Positions 31,831-43,480 of a stretch of 64,000 bases of DNA are shown in pieces. Where the stretch lies: IMG/VR virus record IMGVR_UViG_3300037067_004728, positions 41,377-105,376 of that record; one strand, written 5' to 3'. The DNA is from a virus (lineage: Duplodnaviria > Caudoviricetes). Each line of letters starts with the position of its first letter. The stretch's first letter is position 1. The notes beneath the pieces are model-generated. The model saw only the letters and a program-made list of their open reading frames with translations. It was not told where the DNA came from and made no database searches. A program made the position numbers and the translations under genes.

Positions 31831-32666
31831 TGGAACGTCAGTGTAGAAATTGTGAGTATTATCTATCATGGGCTAATGAATGCCGTAGACATTCACCACA
31901 AACACACGAAGCGAGTGTTAAAATTAAACCTGGATTTATGAGTGGGCCAGTTGATTTGGGTACACGATTGGTTCATACGACAGTGTTTCCAAAAGTACAG
32001 GCAGCGGATTGGTGTGGAGAATTTACACTAGCAAAAGAATTCGTAAAATGATTGGTGAAAAAGCAGCATTGATAGTGCAGGCTGAGGAGCATGTTTTACA
32101 GGCTCGACGCGAACTTTATATTGCAATGAATCGGCTACGATCTTTGGAAAATATGGTTACACCCAATGTTGCGCGTATGCTGGAAACTCTACGTATAGGT
32201 GTACAAGCCAAAATCAACGATTTGGAAATTGAGAAGTTTCAAACACGTTTACGTGTATTATGCGATGCTGGACCATAGGGTCTGTCCACGGGAAGCAGGA
32301 ACAGGTGTGCCGTGGCCTCAATCACGAAGGGCCAAAATGTCATAAGACAGGCGTGTGGTGAAGGGGATTCCTGCCAGCATTATTATAGATTATGACTAGA
32401 CATTGTATAAATCTTGCGTATGATGACCAGAGGCCATTTTGTATTGTTCATGCCTTAGAAGGGCATGGTTGTTGCTGCGGATACACTGGTGATGATTGCC
32501 ATGTTGTTACTCTAAATGGTAAGCGTCGAATTCAGTGCGGAGGCGAGAAGTTAGGTATCCCCACGTTAGTAGGGGTATGTCAAGACTTTGAGCCGGAGCC
32601 GTGGTTAAAAATGCATTTAGGTGTTGAGCCACTTGACTATTCGATTTAATAAGCTATACTAGAGGT

Positions 32667-33074
32667 ATGATAGGAACAAGGACGCACGGTTGGTGGCATA
32701 TTGCTGAATACCCATTGGTTGATGTTATACGTAATCAACATCCACGATTCATTACAATTGATGGCCTAGTCTATCGCGTGAGGGCGCGAGTCGGGCGTAA
32801 TCGTATCTTTCGGTCAGCCCATTGTCAATGTGCATGTTGCGGAGTAGAGTGTACACTGGCAATTTTAGACACTAGCCACATTGGATCGGGCTTGGCCTCT
32901 TTTAACATTTACAGCAGCGACGGGGCTGTTATGCTAACACGGGATCATATTCTACCACAGTGTTTAGGTGGAACAAATGATCGACTGAATATGCAAGCCT
33001 TATGTAATCGTTGCAATCACGTTAAAGATAATAAGACTATTAGTTTGAGGCAGTTACGTGTCCTTGTTTCGTAA
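32667..33074 (+). CDS. HNH endonuclease
   Basis: TRDHILP..LGG.N...N.Q.LC..CN..K. Confidence 0.85.
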   Translation: MIGTRTHGWWHIAEYPLVDVIRNQHPRFITIDGLVYRVRARVGRNRIFRSAHCQCACCGVECTLAILDTSHIGSGLASFNIYSSDGAVMLTRDHILPQCLGGTNDRLNMQALCNRCNHVKDNKTISLRQLRVLVS

Positions 33075-33302
33075 ACTTGTTACAGCAATGCGAGAAGCCG
33101 GGTATATCATGTTTACAATAAAACATGATAAAGCCAATCCTGGTGCAAGTCTGATTATAGTCGAACAAGAAATTAGTCGCTTAGGGACACACCCATCATT
33201 TTGGGACGTACTTGACCGCTTGGGCTTAGATGGACGTTTTGGATCGGTTCGCTATCATCAAGTTAATAGAGAATTACCCGAAGGGACTTATTTGACTTTT
33301 GT

Positions 33303-33833
33303 ATGAAACGGCTATTTGATATATTGGCTAGTAGTGTCCTGTTAATTGCATTGCTGCCACTAATGATTTTAATTGCTGCCGGGGTCAAGTTGACTTCGCG
33401 TGGTCCTATTTTCTTTCGTCAAGTTAGAATTGGCTGGTATACTGAACCCTTCCAGATTTGGAAATTTCGGACGCTTTATACCGGCAATCACGTTGGTCAA
33501 GTAACACGAAATGATCCACAAGTTACATGGTTTGGTAGATTTTTGAGGAAAACTTCTTTGGATGAGCTACCACAACTATGGAACATTCTTATCGGTGATA
33601 TGTCCTTGGTTGGTCCTCGGCCATTGACGCCGAATTTTTATTACGAGTACAATATCCCTATTGAACGTAGTATTGTTCGTCCTGGGTTGACTGGCTTGGC
33701 TCAGATATTGGGCCACCGTGGAATTTGTGACATGGCTACCCGTGTTAAATTAGATTTGGAATATAAACCATCCGTTAGCGGCGATTTGAAAATCATTATT
33801 CAAACAATACCAGTCGTGTTTACTGGGTATTAA
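33303..33833 (+). CDS. bacterial sugar transferase (polyprenyl-phosphate phosphoglycosyltransferase)
   Basis: KRLFDI, KFRT, LDELPQL.N.L.GDMSLVGPRP, PGLTGLAQ. Confidence 0.95.
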   Translation: MKRLFDILASSVLLIALLPLMILIAAGVKLTSRGPIFFRQVRIGWYTEPFQIWKFRTLYTGNHVGQVTRNDPQVTWFGRFLRKTSLDELPQLWNILIGDMSLVGPRPLTPNFYYEYNIPIERSIVRPGLTGLAQILGHRGICDMATRVKLDLEYKPSVSGDLKIIIQTIPVVFTGY

Positions 33834-34503
33834 AATGAAGTTAATTCTCTGTCCAAAATGTCAAGATGTAGTTAAAGGCGATTATGCGCCGCGTACTTGT
33901 AAATGTGGTGCTAGTGGACTACAATACTTAAAAGACGGTCTTAATGCCATCTATTGGGGTGAGGCAATACCACTTGGATTTGCCAACAGTACCCTAGTCA
34001 AAGCAGTTAATAATCAACCTGCTACAGGTATGGGGCGTACTTTTGAGGCTTTTGTGATCCCTAAAGACTGTCCTACTTTTAAGAAACAATGCCCACATGA
34101 ATGGTCGGGAGCCTATATCGCTAAAGATGGGTTCACTTGTAATCAAAGGTGTACAAAATGTGGTTTGACAAAGCCATATTCTGATGTATAATTGAATATG
34201 AAGGTGAACGATATAGCTATGGGAGTAGAGCATGAAACAATGTAGCTGGGTCGAGTGTGTTGCTTGTACTAAACCGATTCCTAAACCGCGAATTCGGAAA
34301 TGGAACTGGATCAAGATTTATGAAAATGATGTAGTTAATTTCTGGGTTTGCGAACAAGACTTAAAAGAGTCATTTGTGCAAGAAGCACATATTGCCTTTG
34401 GCAAGGCTCTCGATCAGGTAATACGCCTTGGGGCCTATCCAGAAGTTCTCTTTCCAGTTGTGGCCCGGCATCGTAGGGAATTGACAGTGGAGCAACAAAA
34501 TCC

Positions 34504-34890
34504 ATGAGCGATGAAACGAATATCCTTGCCATTGAGCATGTCGGTAGTAGGATAACTTGCAATCCGCCTCCAACGGATACTGACGATGACTGGTTGTATC
34601 TGGTCGTCAACATTGAAGAATTTGTCCAAAGTTTTAAGCGGGATGGATTCTATGTCGATGGCTCATTGATGGGTGGGAATATAGTTGCCGAGAATGAAGT
34701 ATGTAAACATGGTCTTTTTGTCTCGATGAAACATCCGGTTGATGATGTAAATTTGATTGCAACCTCAGACCGTGAGTTCTTTCAACGATTTCTTGCGGCT
34801 ACGGCTGTTTGTCGCCGATTGAATTTGATGAATAAAACAGATCGAATTGATTTGTTTCAAGCAGTTTTATACGGAGTCGATAATGGATGA
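34504..34890 (+). CDS. minimal nucleotidyltransferase-like protein
   Basis: VGSR...DTDDD motif. Confidence 0.55.
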   Translation: MSDETNILAIEHVGSRITCNPPPTDTDDDWLYLVVNIEEFVQSFKRDGFYVDGSLMGGNIVAENEVCKHGLFVSMKHPVDDVNLIATSDREFFQRFLAATAVCRRLNLMNKTDRIDLFQAVLYGVDNG

Positions 34891-35752
34891 GCAGGTAGCC
34901 ACACTAAATGCTAGTGTTGCCCGCGCGTTAATTCGGGCAATGGGTATGCAGGCTGAGAATCAAGATAGACTGGCTCGTGGTTTAGCAATAGCTTATACTG
35001 AACAGGCATTTGTTGACGTTATCAATGATGAAGGCTTGGGATATAATTCAGTACGGATTAGTCTCTATGGAAGCTAGGTGGGTGGGTCAAAAATTGACCG
35101 GGATTTTATGCCCCGTATTTGCCAGAAAATTAAAGCGCCTTATACGGCGCACATATATGCAAAGTGGGCACAGTTAATTTGTAATTTGAGAGAGGATTGG
35201 TGTTAGATGGCGGTTGAACCCCATGCAGTGATGCGAGCAAAACACGTTTGTCAGGAGATATTGCCAGAGGAGGCATTTCTATACGCAACAATTGATGATA
35301 TTACGTTGACCAAAGTAAATCGAGCCGAATTGAAACCAAACGGTAAGGTTCAGTTATTTTTTATCAAGGATAATCGGCGTCGGCAATTAACAGTTGATGG
35401 CGATGAAATTTTGATCGTGAGTTTTCAAGAACTTTCTGGTCAAAGTGTAGCAAGTATTTTACGTCAGGCAAGGCACGCTGCCTCTCCGTTTCGTGGATTC
35501 GGGGCACCAACACGGGCAACCGCGATGGAACCCCACGCAACATCTGTACTAGCGGCGATGCACGGCTCAAATTTCTTTGGCTAAACGGGTCTTGCCTAAC
35601 TTCACGAGCCACGCTACTGGAAGTACCGTGGCTCTTTTTATTTATAACATAGATAGCTGATTTATTTGCTTAACGAATCCAAAATTTCTGCCGCCGCAAA
35701 TAAAATTGTAATTACAATGTAATTACATGGCGGCTATCTGTGTTATATCTAT

Positions 35753-35815
35753 AAAAATGCCCGGAATTAAAATTTCGCCACCATGCTAGGAGAAATTTTA
35801 ATTCCGGGCATTTTT
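35753..35815. terminator. 24-bp perfect inverted repeat, likely bidirectional terminator
   Basis: aaaaatgcccggaattaaaatttc-N15-gaaattttaattccgggcattttt. Confidence 0.7.
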
Positions 35816-36087
35816 TGATTTTGACCCTGGTGGAAATTTTAGGGTCGCAATGTAGGGAGTAACCGTATCGCCTGTATCAGACGTATCATCAAGCGGGGTC
35901 AGACTTGGTTATATCAATCCTAACGCTGGATTGCGTCATACTGATTGTAACGAAGATTCTGTCAAGACACAGTTAGAGCGGGCCGGTACACCCGGCATAT
36001 ACATGACGGTTGTAACGGCTACTCAAGTCGTGGTTAGTCTGTTGTTTTTATCTCCTGTATGTTTACAAAAATTTTCCACACGTTTCA

Positions 36088-36116
36088 ACTATACCACATG
36101 GCGTCAAGTTTGTCAA
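36088..36116 (-). promoter_or_regulatory. leftward sigma70 promoter
   Basis: TTGACA-N17-TATAGT on - strand. Confidence 0.75.
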
Positions 36117-36564
36117 CATACAGGTTAATTCTGTAAATCTACTTGTCGGGGTCATAATGATTAACGGGGTCTCGCGTGCGCGTCACGCGATTAAATAATG
36201 TCGGCTTGACTTTTAACGCCAGCATGTTATACTAGAGTGGAGGGAAAATTATGCGTCATTGGCCTGTTGAATTAGTTGTTGAGTCTTTTAATCCACGTTG
36301 CGGAATGTGGGAAGCCGTCGAATCTGTAAGTATTCGTGGGTATGAATTACCCCGTACTCTCGATGATTATAAATCTGCCCGTTTTGCAGCTTATGAGATT
36401 GTCGAGCGGCAAGAGGGAACGTGTCGTATAGTTGAGGTATTTGACGATAACCAGCGTTGGATATTGTGGTCTGATGGCAAGTGGGCACGTACCGGGATGG
36501 AAAGTTTACATGAAGATGATTCATGGTAACTTGACAACGGCAATTTTTGTGGTATAGTTAATAA

Positions 36565-36794
36565 TGGAGGCTGACGGGTGGCAGGGCAAAACGTAATTGT
36601 CGTACCCATCCACGATGCCTTTTCGTTAGAAAGTCCTAGTAACCTGTTGCGGTGGGGACTAGGCCCGGTACACGCCCGGTAGCGGGGAAGTGGCCGGATT
36701 TATTATCGGTCGAAAGGCCCGGAGATAGAACCGCCATAGGGCCGAGTAGTAAGCTACCGACGCGCGGGGGAGGGGCGCCCCTCCCCATCTTTTT
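36565..36794 (+). ncRNA. unassigned structured ncRNA candidate
   Basis: promoter 36531-36558, multiple stems, GC-rich terminator 36767-36794. Confidence 0.55.
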
Positions 36795-38212
36795 GTTAAT
36801 AGAAAGGGGACATTATGCTAGTTGCGTATTCGTACTCAAATGAGGTTTTGGTTTGCCATGCAAAAGATGAAGCCAAGATGCTTGATGTGTGGTTTGCCAA
36901 TGGAGGACGTGACCCGGAAGATTACGACCGCGAAGAATTCGACTCAGTTGTGCGTGTTGGTTCACGAACTCATTGCAAAGGGGACTAATCATGTTTTGGC
37001 CGTGGTTTGCTTGTTTGTGTTTTGTCGTTGTGCGCGGCATGATGTCTCATGCCATTTTGTGGTCGCAGTTAGATAGCCGACAAAAACTGCCGCCGTGGAC
37101 ACTCATTAGTGCCCTTGTCTCGGATTTTGTAGTGCCGCTTGCGATTGTAGCGGCTGCCCTTGCGTTTAAGCCAGTTCCTTTCAACCCATGCTAAACCTAA
37201 ACGGCGTCAACAAAGCATCTAAACCTTGTCATGTTTCTACGAATGAGCATGGCGAAGTAGTTAAATGGTGGCTTTGTCCATCCCTGAATGAGTGGGCACG
37301 ACATTGCGGCGTGAATGTAAGATGCTGGATTGTGGAAATTGCTGGCCGGGATTCGTATGTCTTGACAGATGAAACTAAGGTCATTTTCGAGACACAATTA
37401 CTTGAAGATGCCGCTTGCCATATCGACATTATGAAACTTGACAAAACGATTCCATGTGGTAAGATTCAAGTATGAAAGTGCAAATTTTCAAGGATGCTGG
37501 ATATGGTGGTGGTAAACTTTGCTGGGTGCAAGTCACTAAAACAGAGGCGCTTGCACTTATCCAGAGTCTTGCTGAACAGTTGAAAACCGGAAATCCGAAT
37601 AGTGGGCGGCTTGAAAGCCGTTGCCGTGGTGATGTATCTGAGTTGTCAATTTGCGTACATGAAAGGGATTAAATGAAGTATCGGGTTTATGTGCCTGTTA
37701 CGGGTTATAACGTCTACACCGTGGATGCGAATAGCCCAGAGGATGCAGTTGAAACGGTTGCATCGGGTGATTGTGACCCCGATGGTGATACCGCTCTAAC
37801 AGAGGAAGATGTTGACACTGGATTGTGGGATGTTGAACCTGACAATAACTAAAGCAACAGTTATCCAAGGCCACGGGGCTGATCTTGTTTGCTTGCATAC
37901 TGATTTGCCTAGTCCCATGCCTAAGTTTGTCGATGCGCCGCTGGAACTTGACTTTCAGGTGGAACGTGATAAGGGCGTGGATTATGTGGTTTATACGCTA
38001 GGCATTGACCCTAGCTTGGTGTGCCTCATCAAACGGGAGAATCCTCCCTATTCATTCCGAAACCGGGGTTAATCTGCCCGGTTTCTTTTCTAAGGATTGT
38101 CGGGGTCATAAATTGATTACCAAAATAAACATGCCATGACCCCGCTTAGTGGAATAATCGGAATGTTTATGTTATGGCTTGACAAGCGGTGATTCTGTGA
38201 TACAGTAGTAGT

Positions 38213-38707
38213 ATGCAGATAACTAAGCAATTTGTTGTCGCCGGAAATGCAAAATTTACCGTAAGCAACGCGGACGGTATTAAATTTGCGTATCAGGTGA
38301 AAAGCACAAGCCGGGATGCCGACGCTAACCGTCAAGGTATGTTCCTTGTGTATACATTTGCTGAGAACGGACGGCGGTTGTATGTAGGCCGCTTAAATTC
38401 GCATACCGGATTGGTAACGATTGGGCGACGGAGCAAGGTTAATGAGTCTAGCCTTATGTTTCAAGTGATTCGTTGGGCTTGTAACGTGTTATGGCTCGGT
38501 AATGACTTTCCACCCGGCTATCAAGCCGAAACGGTAGGCCGGTGTGGTTGTTGTGGGCGTCGATTAGCGAACCCTCGGCAGTTATTTGGCCCAGAGTGTC
38601 GCCCTGAAACACGCTCACACAGAGCATACTCCCGCCGACGCGCTCGCCCCGCCTTGCGTGATTTAGACTGGGGCTGTTGTACGGGTATAAGTGGGGAGGG
38701 ACAATGA
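38213..38707 (+). CDS. DUF6011-like zinc-binding protein
   Basis: FTV...F.Y.V...YVG...GRCGCCGRRL..P...GPEC. Confidence 0.55.
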   Translation: MQITKQFVVAGNAKFTVSNADGIKFAYQVKSTSRDADANRQGMFLVYTFAENGRRLYVGRLNSHTGLVTIGRRSKVNESSLMFQVIRWACNVLWLGNDFPPGYQAETVGRCGCCGRRLANPRQLFGPECRPETRSHRAYSRRRARPALRDLDWGCCTGISGEGQ

Positions 38708-40781
38708 CGGGTTTACTAATCAATATCGGTATCCTCTTTATGGGTGTCTGGTGCTGGCAGTTTATCAAAGTAATTGACAGCCCAGCCGATCCGAAAGCGG
38801 AAGCGGATTTTTGGAAAGTTTGTTTTTTCACAGAGTATTGGCATGGACCTGACGACAAGATTTAGAATCCTGAATACGGAGCTAGAATTTCTACCCGTTG
38901 CTGAACGCATGGCCCAATTAGCAGCCCCGGATAAACGCAATAAGGTGATACGCCTCATTGCCGCTATTGACCAGGATATTGCTAAACAACGGGACGAGAT
39001 AGACCGGGAGGTAGAATGGCGCAGGTAGTATTGCTAAAACCACGGGTTACGGTCCAAGACCTAAAAATGGTCGAACTTGATTTAGGAGAGGCCGAAATTG
39101 ACGCCCGTGAAGAGGGCTACCCAAAGATGGCGGATTGTTTGGGCCGGATGAAAGCGGCAATTCGATCCATGCTTTTTGATTTGGGTGAAGCTCATTGGCT
39201 AAACGCCACCCAAGAGAGTGAGAATCACTAATGTACTTTGTGCTAGTCAAGGTAACGGATAAGGGAAAAGAAACTCTTGTCGATTTTGCCGATTGTCCCA
39301 ATGAGTTGGAATATCATCGTTTGCAACACTGCTACGAATGGTTTGTTTATGCTCATTGGATAAATGGCACACGTACAAAGATTGCGGCAGTGAATTGGTC
39401 CGGTGGTGCAAGCTATTGTTTCGATGACCCGTATGCAGAGAATCGGTGTTGTATCAAAGAACACGATCATATTGTCCCAATGGTACGCGGGGCATTGTTT
39501 TACAACCATTTATTTAAGCGGTATCAGGATTGCCAAACGGCAAAGACGATTGCCGTGTTTCCAGTGGATGCGTAATTATGCGTTTTATTCTACGTGATTA
39601 TGCGGATAGTGAAGTGGCCGATATTGCGGTAGCTGACACTCCCGCCGAACTTTTCGATAATATCTCTTTGTTGAGTGGCCGTATCTGGCGGGTTATTGCC
39701 GAACATGATAGTGGTGCCCGTGGTGAAGATGTTGCGGTTATTGACTTAACTACCGGAATACATGGTTATAATGTCTTTAATCATCAGACCGTTTCTCATG
39801 CTGACCACATGACAAGTGCAGTGTGTATGGTTCGTAACTTGTTGCAGCATTATTATGTTAATGGGAAACTTAACGATCATGTTGATTTACTGGGTGTGAG
39901 GGTTTGCCCGGCATGAGTGAATTTTTCTCATTTACCGTGAATTGCATTTATACCGATTTTGTTCAACGAATTGACTTTGATCGGTTAGAGGATGCGCGGG
40001 CTTATTATGATCGGCACATTTATGACAAACGAATGTGTCTTATCGAATTGGTTGGATTTAGTTGTTTGCTCGGCAGTCTTACGATTTTGTCAAGCCCCCG
40101 ACTTGACAAACCAAAAAAGTGAGGTATGATTCACGTATGCGAGAAGTAGAAAGCCTGTTGCTTGAACTTGATACCGACGAAATTCAGGAATTCGCGGAAC
40201 TTCATTGTGGTTGGTATGATTCTGACTACTATGATGAATGTGAATACGATGAGGAATACGACGAATGGGAAGGCCCACGGGATGGCTATTCTATCGTCGA
40301 TTCGGCTCTTGACGCTATCCGCGAATGGGTGGGCGAAGCGCCTGAAAATATCGAGGTTTTGAGAAGCTATGTCACTGTTTGATGACGTGCATTGCCGAAC
40401 AAGGATATTTAGTTTGATCGGTCGCCCGGTCATACTTACGCATGAATACTACCCTAATAAGCCCGGTGTGATTGTGGCAAAGGGCAAAGGTATGAATTTT
40501 CGTATCCGGCTTGACAGCGGTAGTGAAATCTGGTTTGCTAGAGCAGACTTTAAGTTGCCGCCCTTGCCGCCGGAACAACGCCGCCCGGAATGGGTATCAG
40601 ACTATTCATCGGGTTTTGATTATGAGGGATTAGAGGGTTTCTAATGACTGCGTATCAAAAAGCAGAATTAAGCGGGCGGATTCAATACTACTTGAAACGC
40701 GCCGAAGATGCAATCGACCATTATGAGTTTGCGAAATTTGATGAGTTTGTTGCCATAGCAATTAAACTCCGTCAACAATAT

Positions 40782-41130
40782 GGGGACGAATCGGATTCGA
40801 CCGGATAGCTAGAAGTGTAGGATGCGTGCCGTGGTTGGACGACAGGCCACGTAAAAAGTCGCCCGTTAAATCTTAATTGCCAAGCCTAGCTTTGCAATGG
40901 CTGCGTAAAGCAGCCCCGGTTGAGAGTCCTAGCCCGATGGACTTGACTACCGGCCATAAATCGGGACCGCCTTGACCGACGCCAGTGAGTCAAGGTTAAA
41001 TAAACTGGATAGCAACCCGCCAACCTTGTCGATTTGGGAAGCGGGAAGCGAAATATCAAAAATCGACTATGCACGTAGACGACTGCATGGAAGTATCGCG
41101 GGACGCGGGTTCAATTCCCGCCGTCTCCAC
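40782..41130 (+). ncRNA. ssrA: tmRNA
   Basis: GGGGACGAATCGGATTCGAC 5' end, GGTTCAATTCCCGCCGTCTCCA 3' end, tag ORF 40879-40908 AKPSFAMAA*. Confidence 0.92.
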
Positions 41131-41390
41131 TTAACCATAGCTCGGCAGTTATGGTGCCGCCCGTTGTGGCCGGGCGGCAATTTTATTTGGAGGTTTTATG
41201 GATCGTGAATTAGTAGAAACTGTGCGTGATTTTGTGAAAAATGGTAAGGTGTTTGTGCATCTTATCACAGAATCTAAGATTGTCGAATTTCCTGCCAGCG
41301 GTGTGCATAGTGCGGGCGGGTATTTGGTGGTCGAAGTCAAAATTCCAGAGCTACCACTTGACAAGCATTAAATGTGTGGTAGTATTGAAT

Positions 41391-41635
41391 AGTGCGCGGT
41401 TGCTTGTGCCTGTAAGTAGGCCAAGGTTCATAGAAACTACCAACCTCTCACGGTTAGCTGCCGAGACATAGGGGTAGTGGTGAATGAATACAGCTTATTA
41501 GAGAAAAGAGCGACCCGTCAGGTTTTCTAGGGGCCGGACGTTAAAGTGTGGTGGGATGCCTATAGATAATTATGATTAAAAACTAAAATCATTGGCACAA
41601 GTGAAAAGGCTAGGACTCATCCCCCTAGCCTTTTC
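41391..41635 (+). ncRNA. unassigned structured ncRNA candidate
   Basis: promoter 41358-41385, closing stem gcttgtgcc/ggcacaagt, terminator 41603-41635. Confidence 0.55.
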
Positions 41636-41751
41636 TGTTGATTTTTCAAGCCAGTTGTCGGGGTCACGAATTGACAACTTTTAATTATGACCCCGACAAT
41701 AAGATATGTATAGTTATCGGGGTCAGAAAACATTAAAATTTGACAAAAGTG

Positions 41752-41802
41752 GTTTTTAATGGTAGACTAAACTTAAATTAAGTTTAGTCTACCATTAAAA
41801 AC
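41752..41802. repeat. perfect 51-bp palindrome
   Basis: 25-bp arms gtttttaatggtagactaaacttaa, 1-nt centre. Confidence 0.9.
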
Positions 41803-42069
41803 TAAACTATGCCCCTACGACCCCGATAATGTGAAATTTTTGCGTGTTTCTTGACAATGGCATATTTTGATGATAAGATATTGTTATGCTGCGATTCTAT
41901 CCATACCATCCGCGCGATACCGACGCCTTAGCGGCGGTTTGCCAAGTGGTTGATATTTGCCGCATTGTTGAGGGCCGCTATGAAGTGGTTGCCGATAACC
42001 TAACGTATATGGACGCCATAACAATGGCGGAAAACCTTAATCTGCAATCTGCCGTAGAAAGCTAAACCT

Positions 42070-43350
42070 ATGCCGAGTTGTTGGGAATGTGGTGGCGATT
42101 TTGCTTTGTCCGAGTTGACGCAACGCGGGCAAGCCCATTTTTGTCAACAATGCTACGCCACTTTATATTGCCGCTGTTCGGTATGTGGCCGGGAAGTTGA
42201 ACATGATGAGGCAATTTTTAGTGCCACCGACCACCGGCCATACTGTCAGGCTTGCTATCAAGAGCGGTTAGTACACTGCCATAATTGCGGGCGCGAAACA
42301 AACAGAAACACTCGGCACACAATCGAGGACCATAGCTATTGTAGCTCATGCTTTGATCGGTTGTATACGCATTGTGCTAACTGCGATACCATTTTGCATC
42401 GGCATGATACGTGGTCCACCCCCGGTAACGATAGATACTGTCAACGCTGTTTTGACGAAAATTGCAGCGTATGTAGCCGTTGCGGTGAAACATTTTGGAA
42501 TTGCGATATGCGCCGTACCGACCACGGCGTATTTTGTGATGAATGTTATCGTGAAAATGATGAGTGGTCGGCGGGCGAATTCATTATTTCCGATCCGCAT
42601 TATGATGTAATCGGATCGAAACGCCGCTATGGTGTCGAACTTGAAACTTCACGATGCAATGATTATCGGTCACTGCATGGCAATACAATATGGGAATGTA
42701 AAACAGATTGCTCGATTGAGGGGCGCGAGTTTGTTTCCCCAATTCTGTGCGGGGATGAGGGGTTAATGGAAATCACTGCATTTTGTACCATTGCTCGCCG
42801 AAAGCGTTGGCAAGTCAATAGATACTGTGGTTATCATGCCCATTTCGATGTGGCCGATGAAAGCTGGGAAGCCTTGCGAAGTATCGCGTATGCGTACCGC
42901 AAAACGTATGACTTATGGTGTTGTCTAGTGTCAGAACAACGGGCAAACAACCCTTATGCTGGGTCGCCGGATTATATGCCAGAGGATGTACGGGCTATTC
43001 GCAATGCTTCCGATTGGGATTATTTTGTCGGTGCGCGTGACCGATTCGAGTTTGTCAACTGGCGGGCTTATCTGGTACACGGAAGTTTTGAGGTTCGATC
43101 CCATGATGCTACTCTTGACGCGAATGTCATTTGTAACTGGATTAAACTTCATGCTCGCTTTATGGATCGTGTTAAGACAATGACTCTTGACGAAATTGAC
43201 GACCAATTTAGTGGTAACATAGCATCACAATTTGCAGCTTTGAGCGAATTTGTGGGTGAAGAATTATCTTTGGAATACGCTGTTATTGCCGAAGAATTTG
43301 GGCATACCCTCATACCGAGGGAGATTGTGGCCCTTGCCCCGCCGTTTTAA
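42070..43350 (+). CDS. amidoligase (COOH-NH2 ligase, Amidoligase_2-like) with N-terminal CxxC repeats, paralog 1
   Basis: YGVELE, DCS..G.EFVSP.L.G, CGYHAH.D, R...N, EVR.H. Confidence 0.8.
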   Translation: MPSCWECGGDFALSELTQRGQAHFCQQCYATLYCRCSVCGREVEHDEAIFSATDHRPYCQACYQERLVHCHNCGRETNRNTRHTIEDHSYCSSCFDRLYTHCANCDTILHRHDTWSTPGNDRYCQRCFDENCSVCSRCGETFWNCDMRRTDHGVFCDECYRENDEWSAGEFIISDPHYDVIGSKRRYGVELETSRCNDYRSLHGNTIWECKTDCSIEGREFVSPILCGDEGLMEITAFCTIARRKRWQVNRYCGYHAHFDVADESWEALRSIAYAYRKTYDLWCCLVSEQRANNPYAGSPDYMPEDVRAIRNASDWDYFVGARDRFEFVNWRAYLVHGSFEVRSHDATLDANVICNWIKLHARFMDRVKTMTLDEIDDQFSGNIASQFAALSEFVGEELSLEYAVIAEEFGHTLIPREIVALAPPF

Positions 43351-43480
43351 TTTTGACTTGACTTTTCCACGACCTGTGGTATAGTTAATAGAGTGAGGGG
43401 CGATAAAAAGCCGTCGCCTAGCAAAACTCACTAGGCTGTAGTAGCCCAACTGTCAGGCTTGTGAGAGTGAGGTATTTTGC

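Noticed and set aside
32265-32380. SRP (4.5S) RNA, because of GGAAGCAG
   Set aside because: It lacks the CAGG-GNRA helix 8 arrangement and the long rod-like fold.
36565-36794. RNase P RNA, because of GAAAGTCC
   Set aside because: The following bases pair locally (cctagt/actagg) and no P4 partner or other conserved regions are evident.
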